Shown here in pieces: positions 42,543 to 53,336 of a stretch of 64,000 bases of DNA. The position numbers and the translations under genes were made by a program. Source of the DNA: an uncultured Nitrososphaerota archaeon (GTDB taxonomy: Archaea; Thermoproteota; Nitrososphaeria; Nitrososphaerales; Nitrosopumilaceae); the NCBI GenBank assembly GCA_963824385.1, contig CAWGPD010000002.1, forward strand, positions 64,001 to 128,000. The letters are read 5' to 3'. Below the pieces are notes generated by a model. The model saw only the letters and a program-made list of their open reading frames with translations. It made no database searches and was not told the DNA's origin. Positions within the stretch are counted from its first letter, which is position 1; the number at the start of each line of letters is the position of its first letter.

Positions 42543-43124
42543 TCATTTGATGTGTTTTAGTACATTATCTCTTACTTGTTGATGAACTTGATCTTTGCTT
42601 TGTGATGCATTTACAATGTACCAGCCATATTTTTTTGCAAGTTTTCTGTATGTATTAGCAATTTTGAGTGCAAATGTTTTATCTTTCTCAAATTTATCAC
42701 GTCTTTGTTTTTTTCTAGAAAATGAATCTGAAACCTTGACATCAAGTAAGATGACCATGTCTTCTTTTGGAAGACCCTTGTCTAGATTTTCAAGCCACTT
42801 CAAGTCAAGTCCGTTTACTGTTCCATATACCAAATTAGATTGATAATAGCGATTCATGATAACAACATAATTTTTTGAGAGAGCATCTTTGATATCTTTT
42901 GATCTTTCCCATCTGTTTGCGGCAAGAAGACAATGTATTACTTGTGGAGGAAACTTTCGCTTACCACTAAGAAAATTTTTGATCTCTTTTCCAACAGGAG
43001 TGGTATAGTCTGGAAAACTAAATGTTATAGATTTCTTGTGCTTGGTTTTTAAAAAATTTCCCAATAATTTTGATTGGGTTTTTTTTCCAGCCTGATCAAA
43101 GCCTTCGATAACTATAATCATCAA
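42543..43124 (-). CDS. tmk: Thymidylate kinase
   Basis: IEGFDQAGKKTQ, FPDY.T..G and NRY..S motifs. Confidence 0.93.
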   Translation of the reverse strand: MMIIVIEGFDQAGKKTQSKLLGNFLKTKHKKSITFSFPDYTTPVGKEIKNFLSGKRKFPPQVIHCLLAANRWERSKDIKDALSKNYVVIMNRYYQSNLVYGTVNGLDLKWLENLDKGLPKEDMVILLDVKVSDSFSRKKQRRDKFEKDKTFALKIANTYRKLAKKYGWYIVNASQSKDQVHQQVRDNVLKHIK

Positions 43125-43201
43125 ATCCTATTGAATTGAGCAGTAGATAAATTGTGAATTGAACTAAGGTTTAATAATAAAAAAGCGCTAAACACTACTA
43201 A

Positions 43202-43585
43202 ATGGGCTTTGGTAATTACATGGTAAAAGAAGTCATGAAAGAAATAGGTAACAAATCACGCGAGTTCTATGAATTCATTCTTCCTCCTGTAGACATGATT
43301 TTACAAAATGATAGCCTCATAGTAACAATTGACATGCCAGGCTTTGACAAGAAAGAGATAAAGCTTAGGCTAAATGGAAACATCCTTTCAATTAATGCAA
43401 AAAGAGAAGATGAGATAGAAGGAACAGTCATCTGGAGACAGAGACCCAGATTAATTGATAAAAAAGTAAGACTCCCAATTGAGGTAAAAGATGATGAAGA
43501 TCCAGGTGCATCTGCAAAATATCATGATGGTGTACTCACCTTTACTATTCCAGCAAAGACTGGAAAAAATATCACAGTAGAATAA
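43202..43585 (+). CDS. Small heat-shock protein (Hsp20)
   Basis: DMPGF.K..I and AKYHDGVL motifs. Confidence 0.9.
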   Translation: MGFGNYMVKEVMKEIGNKSREFYEFILPPVDMILQNDSLIVTIDMPGFDKKEIKLRLNGNILSINAKREDEIEGTVIWRQRPRLIDKKVRLPIEVKDDEDPGASAKYHDGVLTFTIPAKTGKNITVE

Positions 43586-45143
43586 TTAATGTTCTCTTAG
43601 TATTACAGAGATTCCCATAATTACAATAGAGCCAATCATTCCAATTTCTCCAGCTAGATAATTTATTGAATACAAAATTGTAGATCCAACAAAGACTGCT
43701 GCAGAGAGAATACTGCCAGAAAGTAAAATGGTTCTTGATTTTGGTTTGTTTGCTTGCATGTTTTTATTTTGTTCCAAGAATTGTCTAATTTCTGGAACTA
43801 TAGCAATTGCAGAATCTATTGATTTTACAAATTTGTTAAATGAGATCTTGAGTTCTTCAACGTATGCATCTCGTATAATATTTTCTTCTTCTAGAATATT
43901 TTGCAATACATTGATGAATCTAAAGTTGACTTTATGTGTCAAGTATATTCCTTCAAGTATTGATGTCATCCTCATGTAAAGTGCAAGGTGTTTTGGAAGC
44001 TTGAAAGGAAATCTACTCATTGTTTTGTTTGCAAGATCCATCAGTGCCCTGACTTCCATTCTATCTACTTTTGTTCCATGAAAAGCTTGAATTGAAAGTG
44101 CAATTCCTTTTTCTATAATATTTCTGTCAAATCCCGGCATGAGCATGCCAAGATCGTCCATCGCAGCAACTGTTCTTGCAGGCTCTCTTTCAATTAGTGC
44201 AAGATAGAGTCTGATCAATTTCAGACGAGTTTTGCTGTCAAGTCTTCCAACCATGCCAAAATCATAAAGTATCAGCGAGCCATCATTTGCAACAGTGATG
44301 TTTCCAGGATGAGGATCTGCATGAAACAGATCATGCCTTAACAACATCGTAAAAAACACCTTGTGTGCTCTCACAACAAGCTGTTCCCTATCAATTCCTG
44401 CCTCATCAAGGGCTTTTACATTGGTTATCTTGATACCTGGAAGGTATTCCATGGTGAGTATGTTCTGGCTTGATCTGTCATCTATTACAGATGGAATTCT
44501 TAGTTTAGGATAACCTTCCATGTTTTTCTTTATAGCTTTAAGATTTTTAGATTCAATTCTATAGTCCATTTCTTCATGGATCGTCTCAATAAACTGTGAA
44601 AGCATTGCTTCTGCAGAATATCTAAGATTTGGATCAACAAACTTCATTGCAAATGGGATAATTTTTTTAAGAACATGGATATCTTCTTCAACTACTTTTT
44701 CAATTCCTGGCCTTTTGACTTTGATTATAACATCTTTGCCTCGCAACTTTGCTTTGTATACTTGACCAAGTGATGCACCAGAAATTACAGTAGTATCGAC
44801 AAATTCAAAATTCTGATCCATCGGTCCCAGATCTTTTTCTATGATTGGTCTTACTTTGTCAAATGATTCAGCAGGAACTTCATCTTGGAGCTTTGCAAGC
44901 TCTTCAAGATATGGTTGCGGTAAAATATCTGCTCTTGATGATAACCATTGGCCTAGTTTTATGTAAACAGGACCAAGTGATATGAATGTCTTAAGAGGCT
45001 CTTCTTGCGTTTTTTTGATATCTTTTAAGATCAACATTTTTTCCTTGTTTTCTTACCCATTCTCTCCTATCTTTCCTTAAAGCAAATACAACTGGCATGA
45101 GTTTAAGAAAGGTTCGAATTGTATGAAATTGTGAAATCGTAAT
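43586..45143 (-). CDS. ABC1/UbiB atypical kinase (+1 frameshift near 44996; start uncertain, about 45137-45143)
   Basis: LGPVYIKLGQ, ASLGQVY, HADPHPGN and DFGM. An upstream frame (ALRKDRREW) joins after removing one base. Confidence 0.88.
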
Positions 45144-45149
45144 TCCCTC

Positions 45150-45542
45150 CTAGAATTCTTTCAGTTTTTTTACGAAAGAATAACTTGCGTATCCTGTTAT
45201 TGCAGATACAACTAGTCCTGCTAAAATAGATGTACTTTTTGATAGAGGCATATTTTTTTGTAATTTGTAAATACTTGATGCAACTTTTTTTCCAGTAATG
45301 ATTCCACTTGCTATACCAATTAGAATTTCAGGGGCATCATGTATAAGATGACCTAATGGATCTTGTCTTGGATCAACTTTGTCCATGTGAACAAGATACT
45401 TGTCATCATATTCTCGAATGTGTAGATTTCCATAGCGATATTGTTTTGTTGCACCATTTTTTTGACCCAAGACTGTTTCTTTGGCTTCTTCAGGCATAAA
45501 ATGGCGAACCTCTTTTGGGATTTCAATTTCATCCCATGTCAT
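45150..45542 (-). CDS. Conserved archaeal membrane-anchored hypothetical protein
   Basis: QYR...LHIREY...H.DKVDP..DPLGHL motif plus C-terminal hydrophobic helices. Confidence 0.7.
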   Translation of the reverse strand: MTWDEIEIPKEVRHFMPEEAKETVLGQKNGATKQYRYGNLHIREYDDKYLVHMDKVDPRQDPLGHLIHDAPEILIGIASGIITGKKVASSIYKLQKNMPLSKSTSILAGLVVSAITGYASYSFVKKLKEF

Positions 45543-45575
45543 GTATAAAAAAATGTCTTTCGAGTAAATATACCC

Positions 45576-47225
45576 TTAGCTTGAGTTTTCTACTTTCTTT
45601 TCTAATGGAATTTTTTTCTTTTTTACTTTGAATACAATTCCGCCAATTCCTGCTGCAATTGCAACAAGAATTACTAGCTGTGGTTGGAATATTCCATTGG
45701 ATTGTGCTACTACTGATTTTCCAAATGATACGGTGTCTATTTGAGTAAGTGTGTGAGGTTGTAAAAGTGAATCTTTGTATGTTAAGGTTACCAGAACCTT
45801 TTGATCTCCTGATAATAATGCTCCTGTTGTTGAAGTTACTGGTACGTTAAATGGAGTTGGGGCATCAGTATCAAGGTCGCCCATATATTGGGAGGATTCT
45901 ATTATGGTTGAACCTTCTAGTGGATCAATTGTCACTTGCCCAAACTGACCCAGAGTGTTTCCTTGGTTGAGCACATTTCCTATTATCATTTGCTGGCCGG
46001 CAATCTCTTGTACTTGTACGCCGTAAATTGAGATATCAATCACTGGTCTGATAAATGTGGCAAAGTTTTGCGATTCAATAATTGTAGAACCATCTTTGGT
46101 ATACTGCATGTTCACAACAAAGTTAACGGCTTGATTTTCGATATTTTGATCTGCAAAGACTGGAATTTGTATAGCACTGGTCTCCAATGGATTTATTGAC
46201 TTTACAAACCACTTGTTGTCTTGTAGAATCTTAAAGTCTTGAGAGTTTGCCGTAACTGTAATAGATATGTCAGAAATTTTTGATGGAGACATGTTCTGCA
46301 ATCCCATAGTAAGATTTTGCATCACTCCCATAAGGACATAAGATGGTGTTGAAAGTTTGATCATAGAAGTAGTTGCAGGTCCTACAATAAGATCAACAAT
46401 TCTTGTATCTGATATTTGATTTCCTTGACCGTCAAAGTAGCTCAATAGAAATGGCATATGCAATGTACTGCCTGCTAGATTCTGTGGCACAAATATGTTA
46501 AACGAGTATGGACCTGATGATGCTGCAGGTACAGTACCTATATTCCAATGATGTTGATCTATTACAACATTTTGCAAGTTAGAACCTGCATCGGATGAAT
46601 TTGTTTCAGGAGTTAATGTAATGTCTACATTATTGAGACCGGCAGTACCTGTATTAGAGACTTCAACTGTAACTTGATTATTTGTTGCTGGCTGTAAGAA
46701 TGGATCATCTGCTTTTATGTTAAGAAGTCCTTTTCCTGTTAGCTTGAAATCAAAGTCAAAGAAGACTTGTCGTAGACCAACTTCTCTGACTACAGTATAA
46801 GTTAGTTTTACTGTTCCAGAATAGTCATGCACAGGTAACGACTTGTCTACATTTAGATAAAATGTTAATGTAAATGAACTGCCAGCAGTTGCAGCTTGCG
46901 CATTGTCTGCCTCAATTAGTCCTCCTGCTGAAGTGGCGGGTGTGAATTGTGTAGGCAAGTCTAGAAATCCATTGATTCCAGTAATATCTTCTGTACCAAC
47001 ATTTGCAAATACCATTGTAAATGGAACATTTTTGTCTCCTGGTTGGACTTCAATTTTTTGATTTGGATATCCAAAGTATGAATCAAGAATCTTGACGTCT
47101 GCAAATTCATGCTCAAATGGAGATCCTCCTGGCACAAGCTGTTCTGGTGCACTTTGTGCATAAATTGGTATTATTAATTGTCCTCCAAGTAATACTGCAA
47201 TCAGAATAATTGTTTTGTATATCAT
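45576..47225 (-). CDS. S-layer-domain (COG1361-like) secreted protein
   Basis: Signal peptide, repeated Ig-like N.GT motifs and C-terminal TM + Lys tail; operonic with an ABC transporter. Confidence 0.8.
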   Translation of the reverse strand: MIYKTIILIAVLLGGQLIIPIYAQSAPEQLVPGGSPFEHEFADVKILDSYFGYPNQKIEVQPGDKNVPFTMVFANVGTEDITGINGFLDLPTQFTPATSAGGLIEADNAQAATAGSSFTLTFYLNVDKSLPVHDYSGTVKLTYTVVREVGLRQVFFDFDFKLTGKGLLNIKADDPFLQPATNNQVTVEVSNTGTAGLNNVDITLTPETNSSDAGSNLQNVVIDQHHWNIGTVPAASSGPYSFNIFVPQNLAGSTLHMPFLLSYFDGQGNQISDTRIVDLIVGPATTSMIKLSTPSYVLMGVMQNLTMGLQNMSPSKISDISITVTANSQDFKILQDNKWFVKSINPLETSAIQIPVFADQNIENQAVNFVVNMQYTKDGSTIIESQNFATFIRPVIDISIYGVQVQEIAGQQMIIGNVLNQGNTLGQFGQVTIDPLEGSTIIESSQYMGDLDTDAPTPFNVPVTSTTGALLSGDQKVLVTLTYKDSLLQPHTLTQIDTVSFGKSVVAQSNGIFQPQLVILVAIAAGIGGIVFKVKKKKIPLEKKVENSS

Positions 47226-47923
47226 ATCAAACTTGCCTCCAGCTCTTCTCCTTCAAGAATTTTACCGTCTTTTATTGTTACTACTTTGTCAACCTCACCA
47301 AATTGTGGCCTTTCATGTGTGATTATGATAAAAGTCTGGTTAAGCTTTTTGTTCAATGATTTTAGAAGTTGTACTGTAGTCTCTGCTGATATAGAGTCTA
47401 AGGCTCCAGTTGGTTCGTCAGCAAGAACAATGGCGGGCTTGTTTATCAAAGCTCGTGTGATAGCAACCCGTTGAGCTTGTCCTCCAGATACTTTATTTCC
47501 AAATTTATTAAATTGTGATTCAAGTCCGACGGTTTTGAGAAGTGTCTTTGCTTCTTCCTCTGAGCCTTCAAGAGAGCCATGAATTTTTCTTGGTAATATG
47601 ACATTCTCCAAAACTGTCAAGTCACTTAATAGATTTGAGAATTGGAATATGAATCCAAGCTTTGAATTTCTAAATGATGCTAGTTGGTCATCATTGAGAC
47701 TTGAAGTGTCTACTCCATCAATTAGTATAGTGCCGCTTGTTGGCCTGTCAAGTAGGCCTATCATGTTCAGTAGTGTTGTTTTGCCACTACCGGAGCTGCC
47801 TACCACCAGCATAAATTCGCCTCGCTTAACGGTGAGATTGATATTTTTTAATGCCCTAACTGCGGTTTCGCCTTCACCGTACACCTTCTCCAGATTACGA
47901 ATCTCTAGTACGTTATCAGGCAG
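47222..47923 (-). CDS. MacB/LolD-type ABC ATPase (probable CTG start)
   Basis: GSSGSGKT, GFIFQF, SGGQ.QRVAI and ADEPTG. The reading frame extends to CTG 47923 with GGAGG upstream. Confidence 0.9.
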   Translation of the reverse strand: MPDNVLEIRNLEKVYGEGETAVRALKNINLTVKRGEFMLVVGSSGSGKTTLLNMIGLLDRPTSGTILIDGVDTSSLNDDQLASFRNSKLGFIFQFSNLLSDLTVLENVILPRKIHGSLEGSEEEAKTLLKTVGLESQFNKFGNKVSGGQAQRVAITRALINKPAIVLADEPTGALDSISAETTVQLLKSLNKKLNQTFIIITHERPQFGEVDKVVTIKDGKILEGEELEASLI

Positions 47924-49115
47924 TTCGCATCGCCTCCACTGGTTGCAGTTGTGTAGCCTTGAATGCAGGGTATATTGATGCTATTATAGTAAGCGTAAAT
48001 GCCAGAATATCAGTTTGAATTAGGCTTGGCCAGTTGTATGAGACCTCCAAAGCTAGACTTCCATTAAATCTCATGTGAGTCTCTTTTGCATAAGTGGTAT
48101 ACCCTATTGCCATGGCTGTTCCCACAATGACTCCCAAAGTGCCTATTACTATTCCCTGAAAGATAAATATCAGTAAAATATCTTTTCTCTTGGCACCGAT
48201 TGCCCTTAGTACACCAATATCACGAGTCTTGTTTGCTACTTGCATCATTTGGATTGTTACAACACCAAAGGCAGATGAGACCATTCCGAAAAGTCCTACT
48301 AGATTAATTAATGCAATACCTGACCTGAAACCGCTAAGTTGTGTTTCTGCTGCTTGTTGTATTGTCTGAGCTTTGAAATTATCAGCGCTTGATGGAAATG
48401 CGTCAAGGAAAAGTGTCTTGGTAAAATTTGCCTTTGTTGGATCATTTAGTTTGACAAGAATTTCTGAGGTTTGGCCAGGTCTTTGTAGCATTTCTCGCAT
48501 TGTATCAATGTTTATCATTACACCATTATCATATCCGTTATTTCCAGCAGTCTCTGATGTTCCAACAATTACAAATCTTTTGAGTACATCATTACCAAAT
48601 TGATCATGAATTTTTAGTTTTACAGTATCTCCAATCTTTGGGTATCCAAGATCCCTGTCAACAAGTATTCCTAAAACTATCGAATCCCTTGTTGAAACAT
48701 AATGACCTTTTACAGCTTGAAATAAGGTAGATGCTTGTTCATCCCATACTGGATTTACTCCCACCATTTGAAATGGAACATTAATGTCCTGAATTAGTTG
48801 GCCATTTACGGTCGAGTTTATGGAATATACTTGTGTGAATAGTCTTGGTGCTGCTCCTTGAACCCACGGAATTCTATCAAGCCAGTTTACTAACATAAAA
48901 TCATTTCTTGAAATGAAATCTCCTCTTTTTGTAATGTACACATTTCCATACCTATAGTTGACCAAATCTCTCACAATAGCATCATACAAACCTTGGAAGA
49001 TTACAGAATTTACCGAAACAACCAGTATAGCAATAGCAATTGCCAAGCAGGCTGCAATCAAACTGCCTTTTTTTCTTGTGATAAATCTAATGCCTATCTG
49101 GGCTCTATAATCCAC
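47916..49115 (-). CDS. MacB/LolE-type ABC permease
   Basis: Four TM segments, a large periplasmic-like loop, RDIGVLRAIGA and ASIYPA..A..L.PVEAMR. Confidence 0.9.
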   Translation of the reverse strand: MDYRAQIGIRFITRKKGSLIAACLAIAIAILVVSVNSVIFQGLYDAIVRDLVNYRYGNVYITKRGDFISRNDFMLVNWLDRIPWVQGAAPRLFTQVYSINSTVNGQLIQDINVPFQMVGVNPVWDEQASTLFQAVKGHYVSTRDSIVLGILVDRDLGYPKIGDTVKLKIHDQFGNDVLKRFVIVGTSETAGNNGYDNGVMINIDTMREMLQRPGQTSEILVKLNDPTKANFTKTLFLDAFPSSADNFKAQTIQQAAETQLSGFRSGIALINLVGLFGMVSSAFGVVTIQMMQVANKTRDIGVLRAIGAKRKDILLIFIFQGIVIGTLGVIVGTAMAIGYTTYAKETHMRFNGSLALEVSYNWPSLIQTDILAFTLTIIASIYPAFKATQLQPVEAMRTA

Positions 49116-49232
49116 AAATGATAAAGTAATAGTCTGATATTTAATGTTATAGTGTAATAATTCTAACATATCAGACATTTATATATACAAGATGTTTATT
49201 TTGATATAATTAATGAGGTATTGCTATAAGAT

Positions 49233-50138
49233 ATGGACAAATTAGACATACAAATTCTCTCACATTTACTCAATAATTGTAGAAAACCAGATCGCCAAAT
49301 AGGTAGTGAGATTGGCATCTCAGGTGTTGCTGTAAAATCAAGAATACAAAAAATGATTCAAAATAAAATAATTGAAGAATTTGCCTTGAAAATTGAACCT
49401 CCTGTTTTGGGGTTTAGCGTCTTGTATTTTGTGGTAATAGGAAAAGAGATGGACCATATTTTAGATCAAATAAGATTGATCGGAGAACCATTTTATGTTG
49501 TTCCATGTGTTGGTGGAGTTACTGTTTGCAGTATTGTAGTAAAAGAAGATCCTGCAAAAAAAATGGAGCTTGCACAAAACTTGTTACGTGATGTTAGAGT
49601 GCTTAGTATATTTGAAGCAAAAAATCCAGAGATAAGATCAGATCTGACGAAAACAGATATTGAGATAATTGATATCTTGCTAAAAGATCCAAGATTGAAG
49701 ATAGAAGTGATTGCAAAGAAATCTGGTTTTTCAACAAAGACTATAGCTCGCTCACTTGAAAAATTACAAAATGATGAAGCAATACAATTTACGGCAATAT
49801 ATAATCCAAAAAATATGGGCGAGTTTATTCCATTTGCAGTTTTGGTTACAGTAAAAGGAGAGATCAAAACAACACTTGTAAAACTTGATAAAGTATTTTC
49901 AAAATCATTTTTACAAAAGCCATTTGTTCATATGAACCAGATTGTTCTATTCATGTATACAAATAATGTGTACAAGATGGATGATCTTGCTCAAGAGGTA
50001 CATGAAATTGATGGGATACAGTCAGTTGATCTTTTTATGCCAAAGAATATAACATTTCCACAAAAATGGGCAAGAGATGCAATTGTACAAGCAAAGAAAT
50101 CAAAGAGACTTCACCTTATGTCTGAGATACATTCATAA
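49233..50138 (+). CDS. Tandem Lrp/AsnC-type HTH transcriptional regulator
   Basis: Two LD..IL..L..(N/D)xR HTH repeats; divergent from the ABC operon. Confidence 0.85.
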   Translation: MDKLDIQILSHLLNNCRKPDRQIGSEIGISGVAVKSRIQKMIQNKIIEEFALKIEPPVLGFSVLYFVVIGKEMDHILDQIRLIGEPFYVVPCVGGVTVCSIVVKEDPAKKMELAQNLLRDVRVLSIFEAKNPEIRSDLTKTDIEIIDILLKDPRLKIEVIAKKSGFSTKTIARSLEKLQNDEAIQFTAIYNPKNMGEFIPFAVLVTVKGEIKTTLVKLDKVFSKSFLQKPFVHMNQIVLFMYTNNVYKMDDLAQEVHEIDGIQSVDLFMPKNITFPQKWARDAIVQAKKSKRLHLMSEIHS

Positions 50139-50162
50139 CATATTATTTTATAATTTCATAAA

Positions 50163-50675
50163 ATGAGAAAAAATGTCTTCAAGGGAAGAGTTCTCTCACT
50201 AAGTCTTTACACTTTATCCATCAACAAACGCAAAGTTACAAGAGAGGTAATAGAGCATCCAGGTGCAGCAGCAATACTTGCCATCGAGGATGGCAAGGTA
50301 CTTCTTGTGAGACAGCATAGATTCCCGCATGGGTATGTGCTTGAAATCCCTGCAGGAACATTGGAAAAACGAGAAAAACCTCTAAAGTGTGCCTACAGAG
50401 AACTTCGTGAGGAGACAGGACATACGGCAAAGAAGATGACCCCATTGATCAAGTACTATCCTTCAATTGGTTACAATACAGAAATCATCCATTGTTATCT
50501 GGCATCAGGAATCAAAAAAGTAGGTAATCTGCAGCTTGATCATGATGAGATAATGTCTGTAGTCAAGATGGATTTTAAAAAAGTAATCAGGATGATAATG
50601 GCTGGAAAAATTACCGACTCAAAGACAATATGTGCAGTCTTGACATATGCAATAAAGAAAAAATATCAAGTATAA
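50163..50675 (+). CDS. NUDIX hydrolase (ADP-ribose pyrophosphatase-like)
   Basis: EIPAG...RELREETG Nudix box and D.KT motif. Confidence 0.92.
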   Translation: MRKNVFKGRVLSLSLYTLSINKRKVTREVIEHPGAAAILAIEDGKVLLVRQHRFPHGYVLEIPAGTLEKREKPLKCAYRELREETGHTAKKMTPLIKYYPSIGYNTEIIHCYLASGIKKVGNLQLDHDEIMSVVKMDFKKVIRMIMAGKITDSKTICAVLTYAIKKKYQV

Positions 50676-51643
50676 ACTGGTTTTACCAAGTCTGCAACAT
50701 CTGCCCAACATCTTGACAATTTTTCAAATGCAAATACAAGATTTATCAATTGCATTGACCCTTGTTTTTTTGGATCAAGTGCTGAACCAACATCTGACAT
50801 CTTTTTCTGATAATTTCTATGAAGTGTTATTGCCTCAATTGCAAGTTTTCTATTGTTTTCAATAAATGATCTAATTGATTTTTCATGGACATCCTCTATC
50901 TCAGTTGCAACATTATAGAGTTTTTTCATATCAGCCTTTGGCATTGGCAACTCCGAGATAGAGTGTGCTAGTTCAATAATTGTGTCCCCTGCAGTTTCTA
51001 GTAAGTTTGCTGCTATCCTATAATCTAGAATATCTATATTTCCCAAATTTAGTGCAGTGGCAAGTTTCTTGTCAACCATTGCACTTCGAATTAATCTTAC
51101 AAGCAAAAAATACTGTCTGTCAATCTCATCATCTCTGCTTGACATTGTTTGCAATACTGACTTGTCATCCGATATGAGACACAATATTGTATCACGAAAC
51201 ATTCCAAGAACAATCGAACTCATTCTCTTGAGAATTTTATCTGGACTTAGTGTTGTTGCATCTAATAGAAATTGTACATTTACATTTGATGTGTCCTCCT
51301 CAACTATTTCCATTCCAACAAGTCTACGCATTAATCTTCGAATCTTTTCTCTGTCTTCTATTGAGATTGATGATTTTCCTTTTATCTTGATTATATCGTA
51401 ACCGATTAGATATGCACCTGTAACATATGCACTAATGTTTTCTTGTTTTGAAACGGGATATTCTATTACAACTTCATTTGGAGGTCTGCTACCACCAGTT
51501 GGAGTAATTGAGACACTATTGGTTCCGGTTTCAATCTCTACCTCATCACTTTTTTCAAGTTTGTTTGCTTGAACCCACTCTATTGGAAGAGATACCAAGA
51601 TACTGCTTCCAATCCTTTGTAGGCGTCGAATAAATTTAGTCAA
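50666..51643 (-). CDS. AbrB + PhoU-domain phosphate uptake regulator
   Basis: RRLQRIGSS..VSLP.EW and RDDEIDRQYFL..R motifs. Confidence 0.88.
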   Translation of the reverse strand: MTKFIRRLQRIGSSILVSLPIEWVQANKLEKSDEVEIETGTNSVSITPTGGSRPPNEVVIEYPVSKQENISAYVTGAYLIGYDIIKIKGKSSISIEDREKIRRLMRRLVGMEIVEEDTSNVNVQFLLDATTLSPDKILKRMSSIVLGMFRDTILCLISDDKSVLQTMSSRDDEIDRQYFLLVRLIRSAMVDKKLATALNLGNIDILDYRIAANLLETAGDTIIELAHSISELPMPKADMKKLYNVATEIEDVHEKSIRSFIENNRKLAIEAITLHRNYQKKMSDVGSALDPKKQGSMQLINLVFAFEKLSRCWADVADLVKPVYT

Positions 51644-51705
51644 TTTATACTAATTTATATTATTTAATGATCATTTTTATATTTTTTCATTAGTTTAAGC
51701 TATTC

Positions 51706-52590
51706 ATGCAAGCAGTAGCCTTTGCACCAGGTCACATTACAGGTTTTTTCAAAGCAGAAATAGAGCCAAGAGAGCCTGAGCAAAAGGGTTCAATTGGTGC
51801 TGGATTTTGTATTAAAGAAGGTGTAACTACAAAGGTAAAGGTTACAAGCTCTGATAAACCTGGATTTAAGATTACAGTAACTGGTTACAAGTCAGATAAT
51901 ACTCAAGTTTCAGAATTTGTCGTAAAGGAATTTTTTAAAATTGTAAAAGGAAATTATTTTTTAGATATTGAACATGATACTACAATTCCAGTGGGCTTTG
52001 GTCTTGGCTCAAGTGGTGCTGTTGCTCTAAGCTTAGCGTTTGCTTTAAACAAGGCACTTGAGACTAATTTATCCAGAACAAAAATAGGTCAGATTGCACA
52101 TAATGCAGAAATTTACTGCAAGACAGGACTTGGAACTGTATTATCATCATATCATGGAGGATTTGAGATCAGAACAAAACATGGAGCTCCTGGAATTGGT
52201 AGCCTACAAAAAATTCACACAGATTATTCTGCAATTGTAATTTGCTTCTCTCCAATATCAACAAAACAATTTATCAAGACTGAACTTTCAAAGATTAACG
52301 GTCTTGGAGGAAAGATGGTTATAAAATTATTAAAGTCAAGAGATCAGATGGAATTTTTAGACATGTCACTTGAATTTGCAAAGTATGTTGATGTCATTAC
52401 ATCACAAATGCAGCAAGTAATTGATGACCTGGCCCAGAATGGATTCAAGTCAGGAGTTGCAATGTTTGGAGAGACCATCTTTACGCTAGTTCCAAAAAGA
52501 AAAGAATCTCAAGTAATAAAAATTTTAGAAAAATATGATGGAATGATAATAAAGACAGAAATAGACAAAAGTGGAGCTAGAGTCTCCTAG
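51706..52590 (+). CDS. Pantoate kinase (GHMP family)
   Basis: FAPGHITGFF, GSIGAG, PVGFGLGSSG and AHNAE..TGLG motifs. Confidence 0.92.
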   Translation: MQAVAFAPGHITGFFKAEIEPREPEQKGSIGAGFCIKEGVTTKVKVTSSDKPGFKITVTGYKSDNTQVSEFVVKEFFKIVKGNYFLDIEHDTTIPVGFGLGSSGAVALSLAFALNKALETNLSRTKIGQIAHNAEIYCKTGLGTVLSSYHGGFEIRTKHGAPGIGSLQKIHTDYSAIVICFSPISTKQFIKTELSKINGLGGKMVIKLLKSRDQMEFLDMSLEFAKYVDVITSQMQQVIDDLAQNGFKSGVAMFGETIFTLVPKRKESQVIKILEKYDGMIIKTEIDKSGARVS

Positions 52591-53336
52591 TGTTAATTCC
52601 AAAAACACATCCTAGGGCTGCATCCCTGTATATCAGAGAAAAGCTTGTTCAAGGATTCAGAGACGGTCTGGTTGTAGAAGAAGGTCTTTTGGCCCATGGA
52701 AGAGGTGAGATGTTTGATTATCTCATAGGAGAAAAGACATCAAAGACTTCTCACAAGGCAATCAAGGCTGCTGCAAGAACACTTGTCATGGCTAAATTAC
52801 CTGTAATATCAGTAAATGGTAATCTTGCTGCACTCTGTCCAAAAGAGATAATAGAATTATCCAAAGATTACAGGCGCAAAAATTGAAATAAATCTGTTTT
52901 ATGCAAGTGAGAAACGAAAAAAAGTCATTGCCCAGACCTTGAGAAAAAATGGTGCCAAAGAAATATTGGGAATTGATCCTAAATTTTCAAAGAGGATTCC
53001 GAAACTTGACAGTGCAAGAAGGATTGTAGACAAACGCGGAATATTTTCTGCAGATGTTGTTCTAGTGCCATTGGAAGATGGAGATAGAACAATTGCATTA
53101 AAGAAATTTGGAAAAAAAGTAATTGCGTTTGATTTGAATCCAATGTCACGAACTGCACAGACTGCAGATATTACAATTGTAGACAATGTTATTAGAGGAA
53201 TGAAAATATTAATTGAGGTTTGTAAAAGATTATCAAAAGAAGAACTGGTGGAGAAATAAAGTTTGACAACAAAAATAACTTGAAAAAATCAATTCTTACC
53301 ATAAGAAAAAACTTGAGGAAAATAGCGAATGCCTAA
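52590..53336 (+). CDS. 4-phosphopantoate--beta-alanine ligase (phosphopantothenate synthetase); two frameshifts
   Basis: IPKTHPR, AHGRGE.FDYL.GE, ISVNGN, VPLEDGDR and DLNP.SRT motifs split over frames. Confidence 0.9.

Noticed and set aside
44127..44138. 12-bp match (tcaaatcccggc) to the tRNA-Gly 3' region as a possible att site
   Set aside because: It is short, lies inside the ABC1 kinase CDS, the intervening DNA is core genes, and no integrase is present.
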